Positions 27,460 to 39,943 of a stretch of DNA of 64,000 nucleotides are shown piece after piece. How positions within the stretch are numbered: the stretch's first letter is position 1; every line of letters begins with the position of its first letter. Location of the stretch: assembly GCF_009914755.1 (NCBI RefSeq), contig NC_060937.1, one strand, 5' to 3'. The notes under the pieces were generated by a model that did no database searches, was not told the origin of the DNA, and saw only the letters and a list, made by a program, of their open reading frames with translations. Source of the DNA: the human T2T-CHM13v2.0 reference genome, Homo sapiens. The translations under genes and the position numbers were made by a program.

Positions 27460-28780
27460 TGACAATTTTTTATACTGGAATAATCTTAAATTTGCAGAAA
27501 AAATTGCAAAGATAATAGAAAGAGTTCCTACATACTCCTCCCCCACTTTCCCCCACTGTTAACATCTCACATTACCATGGCCTGGTACGTTTGTGACAAC
27601 TAAGAAGCCAACATTGGTGCATCACTACTAACTCAACTCCAGACTTCGTTTGGATTTTACCAGTCTTTCTATTAATGTCCTTTCTCTGTTCCAGGATCCA
27701 GTCCAGTCTAGGATATCACATTGCATTGTGTCATCATGTCTCTTCAGTCTTTTTTGGTCTGTGACAGTTTCTCAGTTTTTTCTTGCTTCCCATGACATTG
27801 ACGGTCTTGATGTGTATTAGCCAAGTATTTTTAAAGCATGCCCTCACTTTTGGCTGATTAGGGTTATTGGGAAGAATATCACCGAGGTAAGGTAAACTTC
27901 TCATCACATCACATCAGGGGGCAGGCAAATGACATCAGCCTGATTTATCATGGTGATGTTAACCTTGATCACCTGGTTAAGATAATGTTTACCAGGCTTT
28001 TTCACTGTGAAGTTACTATTTCCCCTCTTTGGAAGCCAGTCATAAATCCAGCCCACATTTAAGGGGTAGGGTAAGCTTCACTATCTGAAGGTGGATATAT
28101 CTACCTGTACTATTTGGAATTCTTTTAGAAGAAAGACTCTATTTATTTATTTGTTCGATTGTTTATTTATATTAGGATGAACTCAGACATTTATTTTATA
28201 CTTTCGGTTATAATCAAATACCATGTTATTTATTTTGTGGCTCAAATTGTTCCAGCTTTGGTCTCTGGGAGCTCTATTAAATTGGTTCCTGTATGCCTTT
28301 CACATGCCTACATCTTTTTGTTTTTTGAGCACTTATTTTTTTAGGGCATACCATGTGCTCCAAGATCTTGTATTTTTACTGTCCCAGCCACAAACTCAGT
28401 CATTTCTCTGAGGATCCCTAGTTCCTATTATTGGAGGATAATATTTAGAAACCACGGTCTGGGCACTGCATGTGCTTGATGCTACTGAGGTATCACTGCT
28501 CCCAGGCCCCCTCAGCAGAAAGAGCCAAGAAGTATAAATACATATTCAAACCCAGTTATATGCACATATCTATAATTGTTTCTGTGTCTGTCCGTATGCA
28601 TATTTATCAAATTAAATAGTAGTTAAGCTAACATGAAGTTAGCTGATATGTCCAACTCTAATCCAGCATTACAGGGTTTGTTGCAGCCCCCTCTCCTAGC
28701 TTATGGAAATTGCCCTGACAATGAGAAACCTGGCTTGTACCACCTACCATCCATTCATTTATTTGTTCAGCCTCAGTATT
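27460..28780 (-). mobile_element. L1MC-type 3' region
   Basis: tggaataatcttaaatttgcagaaaaaattgcaaagataatag; ggtgatgttaaccttgatcacctggttaag; ttgtggctcaaattgttccagctttgg. Confidence 0.8.
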
Positions 28781-28884
28781 TGGGTCTTCTTTTGAAGAGA
28801 TTTCTGTTACTTTAAAATAATAATATATAAAAGGGCTTTATTTTTATTCATTACCATCACTCCAATTGCTCTGTTTTCATCAAA

Positions 28885-29030
28885 TCATTTCATGTTTCTC
28901 CTAGGCACCCAGGAAGACTATAATTCTCATGATCCCTTGTATTTAGGTCCAGTTCCAGTTAAAGGAATGTGGGTAGAAGTGATACTGACCACTTGTAGCC
29001 CTAGGCTCTATAATCTGTTGTGGGATTCTC
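28885..29030 (+). mobile_element. MLT1 (old MaLR) LTR fragment
   Basis: aaaggaatgtgggtagaagtgatactgaccactt is an MLT1H/I/J-like motif. Confidence 0.5.
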
Positions 29031-29089
29031 TACATATATTGTCTATTTTTTTTGATATCAGGTATAAGACACAGTGGAAAATTCCAATA

Positions 29090-29508
29090 ATAAAAGAGAA
29101 AAACTATATGACAATTCAATGGAAACAGAAAAAAATCTTGAAAAAAGTAAAAATCCACTAAGGATTTAAAAACAAACACTCATCAATTAGAAATGAAAGA
29201 GAACTTCCCTAATACAATAAAATGCATCTCTGAAAATTCTACAGTGAAAATTATACTTGATTGTTAATATAATAAAAAATTCCTCATAAAATCAGGATCA
29301 AGACAAAGATGTCCACTCTCACCACTTGTACTCAGCATTTACTCCTCAAATGGGAAGTCTGAGTCATTATAATAAAGAAAAAGAACAACTACAAAAAATA
29401 GAAAGGAACAAAACTTTCTGAATGGTATATTTTGTATAAAAAATCCCATTAAACCTACCAAACAACTATCAGAACTAGTAAGTAGATTTACAAAAATTAT
29501 AGAGTACA
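29090..29508 (+). mobile_element. Old L1M ORF2 fragment (5' part of the host element)
   Basis: aaatcaggatcaagacaaagatgtccactctcaccactt corresponds to the L1 RT motif GTRQGCPLSP. Confidence 0.75.
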
Positions 29509-30391
29509 ACTTTATTTTTTTATTGGAGATATAATTTATATAATGTATAGTTCACTCTTTTAAGGTGTACAGTTCAATGTTTTCTAGTACATTCACAAAG
29601 TTGTGTGACCATTCTTCTTATCTAATTCCGGAAACTTCCATCACACAAAATGAAGTCTTGTACCCATTAACAGTCACTCCCCATTCCCCCCAGCCCAGTC
29701 CCTTATAACCACTACTCAACTTTCTGTCCCTGTGAAGTTGCCTATTCTGGACTTTTCATATAAATGGAATCAGACAATATGTAGTCTGTGTGTCTGGCTT
29801 AATGTGCTCAAGGTTTATCCATTTTGTAGCATGTAAATGTATTCCATTCTGATTTTAGGTTGAATAATATTCTGCTGCATGCGTATATCACATTTTGTTC
29901 ATCCATTCATCAGCTGATGGCTATTTGGGTTGTCTATTATTTTGGTTATTAGGAATAAAATTGCTATGAACACTCACGTACAATTTTTGTGTGAATGTAT
30001 GTTTTCAGTTCTCTTAGGTCTATACCTAGGAGCGAGATAACTCTATGATTAACTTTTTAAGAAAATGTCAAGGTGTTTTATCAAAGTGGTTACAGCACTT
30101 TACAATCCCATCAAAATGCATGAAGGTTCCAAATTTACCACATCTCTGTCAACACTGTTATTGTCTGTCAATTTTAGACAATTACTACATTACTATATAC
30201 TATATTACTATATTTACTGTCTAAAAATGATAGACTATAGTAATTCGACAGACAGTTAAAATAGTAACCCAAGTGGGTATGAAGTGGTACCACGTTGTGG
30301 TTTTGATTTACATGTCTTAAGGGCTAATAATGTTGGGCATTTCTTCATGTGCTTATTGGCCATTTATAGTATCTTCTTTGGACAAATGTTA

Positions 30392-30433
30392 TTTTAAAAT
30401 TTTAAAATTTAAAATTTTAAAATTTTAAAATTT
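30392..30433. repeat. (TTTTAAAA)n self-complementary simple repeat
   Basis: ttttaaaattttaaaatttaaaattttaaaattttaaaattt read directly. Confidence 0.9.
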
Positions 30434-31078
30434 CTTTATATATCTGGTATACTCTTTATCAAATATAAAATTTGCAAATATTTTCTTCCATCTTTGAGTT
30501 CTCTTTTCACTTTCTTGCTAGTGTCCTTTGAAGCACAAAAGTTTAAAATTTTGATAAAGTCTGATTTATCTATATTTTTCTTTTGCTGTACATGCTTTTG
30601 GTGTTTCACTCAAGAAACTATTGCCTAATCCAAGGTCATAAAGATTTATACCTATGTTTCCTTATAAGAATTTCATAGTTTTAGCTTTTACATTTAAATC
30701 TTGGATCATTTTTAATTTTTGTATATGGTGTGACACAAGCATCCAAATTCATCATTTTGTATTATTAATACATGTGGAAATCCAGTTGTCCCAGAACCAT
30801 TTGTTGAAAAGACTATTCTTTCTTCCATTGAATTGCTCTGGAACCCTTTTGAAAATCAACTGGCCACAGATATATAGGTTTATTCATGGATTCTCTATTC
30901 CATTCCATTTATCTATCTGTCTATCCTTCTGCCAGTACCAAAGACTCTTGATTACTCTAGCTTTGTAATAAGTTTTGAAATTGGGAGCTGTGAGTCCTCT
31001 AACATTGTTCTTTTTCAAGATTGTTTTGGCTATTTTGGGTCTTTATATTTCCATATGAAGTTCAGGATCATAAATTCC

Positions 31079-31375
31079 TTTTTTTTTTCTTTTTTTGAGA
31101 CAGAGTTTCACTCTGTCGCCAGCTGGAGTGCAGTGGTGTGATCTCGGCTCACTGCAACCTCCGCCTCCTGGGTTCAAGCAATTCTCCTGCCTCAGTCTCC
31201 TAAATAGCTGGGACTACAGGCGCATGCCACCACACCCAGCTAATTTTTTGTATTTTTAGTAGAGATGGGGTTTCACCATGCTGGCCAGCATGGTCTCGAC
31301 CTCTTGACCTCGTGATCTGCCCGCCTCGGCCTCCCAAAGTGCTGGGATTACAGGTGTGGGTCACCATGGCTGCCC
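31079..31375 (-). mobile_element. AluSc-like
   Basis: ctcttgacctcgtgatc, tgtcgccagctgg; TSD ataaatt(c/t)ctt. Confidence 0.93.
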
Positions 31376-31402
31376 TATAAATTTCTTTTAAAAAGCCAGT
31401 CA

Positions 31403-31545
31403 AAGCAGGCGCAGTGGCTCACATCTGTAATCCTAGCTCTTAGGGAGGCAGAATCAGGAGGATAGCTTGAGCCCAGGAGTTCAAGATCTGCCTGGGCAAT
31501 ATAGTGAGACCCCATTCTCCACAAAAAAGAAAAAAAAAAAAAAAC
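31403..31545 (+). pseudogene. BCYRN1: BC200 (BCYRN1) RNA retropseudogene: Alu domain and A-rich region, no unique 3' domain
   Basis: BC200-specific features absent from FLAM/Alu: agctcttagggaggc, ggaggatagcttgagcccaggagttc, ctgcctgggcaatatagtgagaccccattctcca followed by caaaaaagaaaa; TSD aaagccag. The symbol names the parent gene. Confidence 0.85.
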
Positions 31546-33073
31546 AAAGCCAGATAAGATTTTCATAGGGATGGCACTGAATCTGTAGATATATTTGGGG
31601 AGTACTGACATTTTGCTAACTTAAGCTTTCTATGATTATGGTGTGTTTCACCATTATTTAGGTCATGATTAATCTCTTTCAATGATGCTTTGCAGTTTTC
31701 AGCGTGCATGTCTTACACTGCTTTTGTTAAGTTTATTCCTAAGCATTTTTTATTGATGCTATTATGAATAAAATTGTTTTCTTAATTTCATTTTAAATTG
31801 CTCCTTGCTAGTGTATACAAATATAACTGGTCTTTGTATATTGATTTTATACGTTGCAACCTCACAGAACTCATTTATTAGCTCATAGTCAATAGTACAT
31901 TATTGACTAGAAGTGGGTAGAGTAGAAATGTTTGTCTTGTTCCTAATCTTAGGTGGAAAACTTTCAGTCTTTCACTAATAACTGTAATGTTAGTTGTGGG
32001 TTTTCCATAGATGTTCTTTAGCTGGTTAAAAAGTTTCCTTATATTCCTAGTTTGTTGAGCATATTTATCATGAAACGGATTTTGTCAAATATTATTTCTA
32101 AGTTTACTAAGATGATTGTATGTTTTTCTTTTATTCTATTAATATGGAGTTTACACCGATTAATTTTCAAATGTTTAAGTAACCTTTTATTAGTGGGATA
32201 AATTATATTTGGTTCTGGTGTATAATCTTTTTTATATGTTGCTGTATACAATTTGCTAGTATCTTGCTGAGAATTTTTCTACCTGTATTAATAAAGAATA
32301 GTGGTCTACAGTTTCCTTGCCTCTTATGTATTTGTCAGGTTTTGCTATCAGGGTAATATTACAATTGTAGTTTCATCTATTAACAGGAAACTTTGAAAAA
32401 TAAAAATTTTAAATTCTATCTGAAATATTTAAAAATAAAATTCTGAGTAATAAATATAATAGTAGGTATTTAAGATGTTTATATAAAATATTACTGAGAG
32501 GTTTTAAAGAAGATCTATATAAATGCAGAGATAGTGTATGTTCATATATTGGAAGGCTTGATATTGGTGAGAAGTCAATTCTTCCCAAACTGATCCCTAG
32601 AATAAATATATTCCCAATCATAATCCCATTTGGCTAATTTCTTAGAAACCAGGAACATAATTCTAAGATAAATCTAAAATTTTACAGGAACTAGGATATA
32701 CAAACCAATTTTGTAAAAAACAAAAAAAGAACAAAGATGGAAGGCTTATACCATCTGACTTGAAGACTTACTATAAAGCTACAGAAATCAGTGTAGTCTG
32801 GTACACTGATATATAAAGAGCTACAAAACCAATGGAACAGAGCAGAGAGCTCAGAAATAGATGCATATTTATGTGGTCATTTGATCTTTAAGAATAACAT
32901 TAAGAAATTCCAGTGGGGGAAAGGAACGTCTTCAAGTAGTGCTGGAAGAATTAAATATCCATACAGAAAATAAAAAACTCTACACTGACCTCACACAACA
33001 AATAAAAATTAATTTAATATGGATAATAAATCTAAACATAAAAAGCTACAACTGTACTATAAAGTTTTCAAAC

Positions 33074-33123
33074 TATATATGTGTGTGTGTATATATATGT
33101 GTATATATATATATGTGTGTGTA

Positions 33124-33164
<41 letters not shown>
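33074..33164. repeat. Compound (TA)n/(TG)n microsatellite
   Basis: Read directly. Confidence 0.95.
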
Positions 33165-33166
<2 letters not shown>

Positions 33167-34275
33167 CAGAGATAACCTTGTTTTAGACAGGATACAGAAA
33201 ATAATTAACCATGAAAGAAAAAGAAAGCCCTGATAAATTAGACCTCAAAATTTAAACTTCTGCTCATCAAAAGACATCACGAAGAGAATAAATTAGCAAG
33301 GCTCAGATTGGAAGGAAATACTTGCAAAATATACCTAATAAAATACTTGTTTATATATTTACATACATATATATTTTTATATATGGCTCATACATATAAA
33401 GAACTTCTATACTTCAATAAGAAAAACACAAATAATCCAATTTAAAAATGGGAAAATAACTGCAATGAACACTTTACAGAGAAAATTATATAAATGACCG
33501 GTGAGCATATGAAAATGATTTCGACATATTAGTCATCAAGGAAAAGGCATATTAGATTACTATTAAACATCACCACAAACCCACCAAAATGGCTAAACCT
33601 AAAAAGTCAGACTGCACCAAATATGGGTGAGGATGTAGAACACTAAAACTCTCACATTTTGTTGGTGGGAATATAAACAATTACTTTGGAAAAGATCTGG
33701 CAATTTCTTCAAAAATTAAGAGTACACCTATCTATGACCAGAATCCTACTTTTAGATGTTGACCTACTATAAATGAAGACCTATGCCCTCAAAAACATCT
33801 GCACAAGAATGTTTATAGAAGCTCATTCATACTAGTCGAAATGTGGAAGAATGGATAAACAAACTGGTAAAATGGAATACAACTCAGCAATAGAGAACTA
33901 CCAATGAACTCAAGAACAGACTGATCTCAAAAACATTATGCTATATGAAAGGAGCCTGACACGAAAGAGTATATAGAGTATGGTTCCATTTATATAAAGC
34001 CCTGAAAGAAGTGATTTACTCTTGGTGGGGTAGGGATACTGGGAGGGGCCTGCAGGAACTTTCTGGGGTAATATAGATTCGGGTGCAACAGGCAGATACA
34101 TTTGTCAGAACTCACGGAAATTCACTCATAAAAGTTGTGTGTTTTATCATATGTAAATTTTACCTCAAAAGAAAAAACAAAGAATCGTAAAATTTAAATT
34201 CTGGTAATAATGCACACGTTCAAGTATTTAGGAGGATATGTACTAATGTCTATAACTTGCTTTGAAATGTGTCCA

Positions 34276-34655
<380 letters not shown>

Positions 34656-34789
34656 TTACTGTAAACTTCTTCAAACTATTTGGAATAGTTAAACATTTGA
34701 ATATAAAATGTTTAAATAAAAAAATTCTTTAAAACTAAGACTTTCACAAAAAAAAAGAAAAGAAAAATTAAAAGAAAAAAAGAGAAAGC

Positions 34790-34965
34790 AATCCCAGCTT
34801 TGTAAGTTACTAGCCATGCTTCATAAATAGTCTAAGCATAATTTCCTCATTTATAAAATATAAAAAATAATATCTACTATACAGGACTGTTAAAGGACTA
34901 TACTTGCCAATATATATAAAAAACAGTTCCTGGTATAAATAAGCACTGAATAAATGTTTTAGCTA
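34790..34965 (+). mobile_element. MIR (degenerate)
   Basis: atttcctcatttataaaat...ataatatctactatacaggactgttaaagga...taagcactgaataaatgttttagctact. Confidence 0.6.
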
Positions 34966-37900
34966 CTATTTTTAGTAAGCATAGAACGTCTGTAGCCATA
35001 AACCCACAAAAATAAAACTTCCTGAGAAAGAAGACAATGTTTGCACACTTTGTTAAAACAATTGTTATGTTTGTTGCATAGAAAAAAATCAGATTCACCG
35101 TGATTTTTTTCTACATGTGAATACCATTTATTAGGCTCCCTAAGTGAATGAGCTAGTAGAAAGGAAATATTATATTTAAAAAACCCCATAAGGCATATTT
35201 TTAGAAACGGTATTTCCTTGACTTTCATTCCAGGAAAATTCTAACACACGGCACGGTGCATGTGGAGCCCAGAAAAGAAAGCCTGCCAGATGCCACAGCA
35301 ATAAATAGAGTAGGGCCTTGGAGACGAAGCATAAAAGGAAAATGTGGAGCATCATATCTGCAGCACCCTTCTCCATCTGGTATTTAGCCCACTGAGGTTA
35401 TGGGATTTTTGGAAATTCACCTTTGTAGGCTACCTTTAATTATTTTTCTTGTTTATTTGTCCAGTAAACATTTAAATTGTAGCCTAATATGAGCCAAGTT
35501 CTATGCAGGTCTTCCAGGACCTTTGGAAAATGAAGCTGGGTACGGAAATTTCAGGAAAAAAATGTTCTAAGTACAGAGTAATGAAAGGTTAATACTATTT
35601 ACATCTTGCCATCTCTTTTTACAATATTAATTTCACAAATACAATTTTAGCATTTCCAACCAATAAATTAAGCAACAGCATATTTTCTCAAATGGCAGGA
35701 ATTCTCAGACAGGAATAAAAGGGAGTAGAATTTCTTAAGTGGGTTATGTCTCACTTTGCTAAGAAGGGCAGAAATGAAAATAGGTTTTCATAAATTATAT
35801 TTTCTATGGGTCTTGTATTATCATTTTTATAAACAGATATTTTCCAAGCAAGTGGAATTTCTTCACATAGTCTCTCAATTTAGTAATCTTTCTGATGAGC
35901 AAACTGAGCTGTAGAATGTTGAACATTGTTTCATCCTACTATGACTGTCATCCTTTGGCTTGTTGAATATATATTCTTGTGATAATTCTAAGAAACTATG
36001 ACTAATGGATTTTTATCCAGAATTTTAAAACAACAAAAAGTTATTTTAAATTAAATGAAAAATACATTCTATTCCCTTAACTTTTCCTTTTTGGGGGGAT
36101 TACACATTCTCTGCTAAAATTTAGGATGGAATTTCTAACAGTGATGGCATTGTTCGGTAACTAACAGTCTTTTGTGTGTGTGAAAAATTCTAAATGAGTG
36201 GAAATGATCTCAGAAATTTTATCTTGAAAATGTTTGCCTATAGTATTTATTCAAGTGTTGTCCACATTTTAGGAAAGAACTTCAAAAATGTCCTTTTCAT
36301 AAAAATATGCAGTTCTCTTGTGTCTATTTAAAAGGGAAGTCCCTCTCCTAACTCCAGCATACGCACTCATCTCTGGGCTATCAATAGAAGCTAAAGAAAA
36401 AATTAAAGAAACACTGGCTGCATGCCAAATTTTGGGTTAATAGGGAAGAGAAAGCTGGTTGGCAATCTCCCTTCCTAGTCCTTATCTTTTCCTCCCCTTA
36501 TCTCTCCTGTGCTAGGGGTGCTGGGATGTCTGTACTCTGTAACCTCTTTCTCTGAATGGAGACAGAAGCAGGAAGTCAGGTGCCCTGCACTTTAATGTCT
36601 TATTATTCTTCTCCTTGAGTAAATCCTAACTGTTAACGGGAAATAAAATGCTATATGTAAATGAACATCGTCACTTGGAAATCATCATTCTGGGCTACAG
36701 CACCAATACACCTGTAATCTTAAAATATCCTTTTAATAGTAATGAATTTGTCAAAAAAGTATATTAGGACATCTATATTCAAATTAAGTTTACCACTGGC
36801 TTAGGTTTTTAAAATTAATACAAGTTGCTTAAGATGGTGAAAGGCCAAACTGTTGTGATTCCTTCCACTATGTATCATCCTGGAGCAAAACTCATAGGGG
36901 AAAATTAGATATTCGTGAAGCAAGATAGCGAGGGTTTTTGTTGTTGTTGAGGTTCCCATCAGGAACAAGCTTATATTATTGGATTTACTTGAGAGTGTAC
37001 AACTGCCCTTGAAATGAAACATCACCTACTTCCAACAAGTGTGCTCTCTCCCTAGTTCACCCTAATTAAGGAGGCTTCCCTATATTAATTTTGTCTCTTA
37101 TACAAGCATCCTTGAGACTCTTTGTGCTTAATTATTTATGTCTATGTCTCAAGTATTAAGAGCACACTTGAAATTTAAGATTTTTCTAAGTTTCTAACAC
37201 TTACTAGCTTTGTTTTTTGCTTAGACCTGTTAATCTAATTTTGTCTTCTCAACACTTTTGGGAATAATGCATTGCTTATCCTTAAATTTTGCTTTGCAGT
37301 TTCTGTATGAAAGATTCCAAATTCAGGTTTCAATGTATTTGAAACGAAGTTGCTGATTCCTCTCACTGGAATTAAGACCTACACTTACTTTTCTCACTCT
37401 TCTTTATTCTATTTCAAAGTTTGATGAATATTTTCTCAAACTGTATTTGAAAAATTTAGAATCCAATACCATGACCAATCTTCCTCCTGCTAAGCCATTG
37501 GTGGTCTAACTATTACTTTTTAAGAAAAATTAATATGGACCCTGATGTAAAAAGAAAAGAAAAACAAATATAGAGTGATTTCAGCAGGTCTATTACTAGA
37601 CATGTTTTCTCATGTTTCTCGGTAGCTTGACCCTCTTGTCTGGTATTCCTGAGAGAATGGGCCTACCCACAGAGAAAGGGAGAAGGAGGTAAAGAAGTTG
37701 CAGGTTTGCTGGTGATTTGAGCTGAATCCTCATGCAACAACTTGAAGGCAGACAGATTGGAAGAGCAGTGAGTTGATTTTCTAAAGTAAAATCCACCAGA
37801 AAGAGTTTACACGGTGTTGGAATTCTACCACATTTATAAATTAATGTGCCAGATGCCATCAGCAGATCTATCATTATGATGGCTATTGATAAATATCAAA

Positions 37901-39874
37901 ATTTGACCATTAAGAAAATAGCACTACTAATCTCATACTGGGGATATCAGTACCACTACAGAAAAATTCTACTTAAAAACATATGTGAGCTAAAAGTGAA
38001 AAGCATTTCCCTGCTGATTCCACATGTCCACAACAGCCTAAGCAGTGTGGAGATGGCCAGCGGAGCAGCAATAGGGAACGTGTGCCAACATTTCTGATAG
38101 GAACTCTATTTTCTGAGGATTTAGGCTCAATTATGAAAGTCTGCTGAAAATGAAACTTGGCATAAATACTGTAGCTTAGTAGAATTCCATCAAATACAAC
38201 AAAAATGAAGATTAAGGAGAGGGAAATCCTATAAACTCAACTTTCAGAAAAGACCAGAGCATTGCTAAGGAAAATCAAAGGAAGTTCTCAATACTTATTA
38301 ATTAATCTTTTCATAAACGAAATCATATTTGAGAAGTGGTGAGATCATTTACAGCCTAATAATTTCCAGATATGGAAGGGAATAAATAATTTAAAGGGGT
38401 AATGATTGAACCTAGGAAGGGCTGTGTCAGTTCTAGAAATAGTGGCTTTTACTCTTGAATTTTTAAAAGTTCCATTTTCTTAGTGGTGGCATTGGCCCAG
38501 GCCACAATCATATACAAAAACATAACTGACCAAAAAAAAAAAAAAAAAAAAAAGAAAGGCTTTAATCTCTTAGAATAGCAAAACAGAATTTGAGAAGAGC
38601 CTAAACTCTAAGATATACAGCTCTTAAAATTTTACCATAAAGGACACTTTTTTAGAGCCCTAAATAAGGTGGGAACCTTAAACACAGACCTTAATTTTAA
38701 TAACTCTTGGGAATGGATGGTCTCAGTTAACTCTAATCTTATATTTGTTTATAGACCTCAGTTTTCAATTACAGGAGGTCTAAGCATTGAAGTGTTAGAG
38801 TGTTTCAATAGATGAAAGATGATTAATAGAAACTTTAATATCTCTCCAAGTCAAATGACCATGTAACCTCTACAAATATTACTGTAATCGCTACAAATAT
38901 TTGTTACTTTGTTTATTCATTCAGTAATTCAAAAAAAGATTTATTGAGCACATGCTAGGTATAACGCTCCATAAAACAAGCCTAAAATCTACCAAAAATA
39001 CAAATATGTATTCACTTGAGAATTTCTGATAGTTCTCATTTAGTGAAGGTACCAGACACTAAACAACATTTAACTTGAGATACATCTGGAACCTTTAACA
39101 ACATACTAAACTTTAAAAAAAAATGCATATTTTTCTAATGTGGTTCTGAAACAAAGAGACAAAAAGAAATTTTTTATTTGTCTAATGGAAGAGAAAAGGC
39201 CTCAAAAACTAGCTGACCTCCCAGATAATGAAGTGTAAAAGAATGTGCAAATGTACTTCAAAAAGTAACTCTCCTGGACACCAACTGAACCCTTAGAAGC
39301 TAAAGGGGGGAAATAACCCCTTCTTCCTTCTTTTACTCTCTCTAGTTTGTCTTTGTTCTGTTTCCCTTGTCATTTCCCACTCTTCAGACACAATTATAGT
39401 TGATTGAGATATAACGAGTAAAGCTACATTAGAAACTACTCATGGAAAAATCAATAGAAAAGGATAGAGGCACATTCAACAGAAACAACAAAACAGAAGC
39501 ACTGTTAGGAAGAAGGAAGTGAGAGGTTTTTGTAGCAGAATGTACGGAACAGATATTTCCCAAGTGCCTCTTCTATGGTAGGTGGGACATAGCAGCATCA
39601 TACAGTCACCTCATATATCCACTGTAAAAGAGGAGATGGGTGGGTGCAGGCAGGTAATTGTCCAGAAAAAGCAACAGACTGGTTCTATTATGAGAAAGTG
39701 AACATACTTCATTTGTGGAAAACTATACAACAATTAACCACTATGAATGAAACAGATCTCCATATATTAAGAGAGAGATTCTAAAAAAATAAAAAAAAAA
39801 ATTGAGAAAAAACAAGTTCCAAAGGTATATATTCAGTATGATCCCATCTATGTAAACTTAAAAAATATTGCACA

Positions 39875-39943
39875 TATATATGTGTGTATACATATATATA
39901 CACATACATATATATATATAGTATACACACATATATATAGAGA
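39875..39943. repeat. (TA)n/(CA)n low-complexity microsatellite within an L1ME-like 3' fragment
   Basis: Read directly; upstream ggtatatattcagtatgatcccatctatgtaaa is L1ME-like. Confidence 0.7.

Larger units (their letters stand above)
29509..32360 (-). mobile_element. L1MB-like LINE-1 (3' UTR and ORF2), nested in an older L1
   Basis: Antisense 3' end ttggagatataatttatataat...gtgtacagttcaatg; antisense ORF2 ccagttgtcccagaaccatttgttgaaaagact. Confidence 0.85.

Noticed and set aside
34027-34048. G-quadruplex motif ggggtagggatactgggagggg
   Set aside because: Real pattern but an ordinary G-rich tract of an L1 3' UTR.
38434-38577. Poly-A run at 38533-38553 as a possible retrocopy tail
   Set aside because: No AATAAA upstream and only a gapped, unconvincing TSD.
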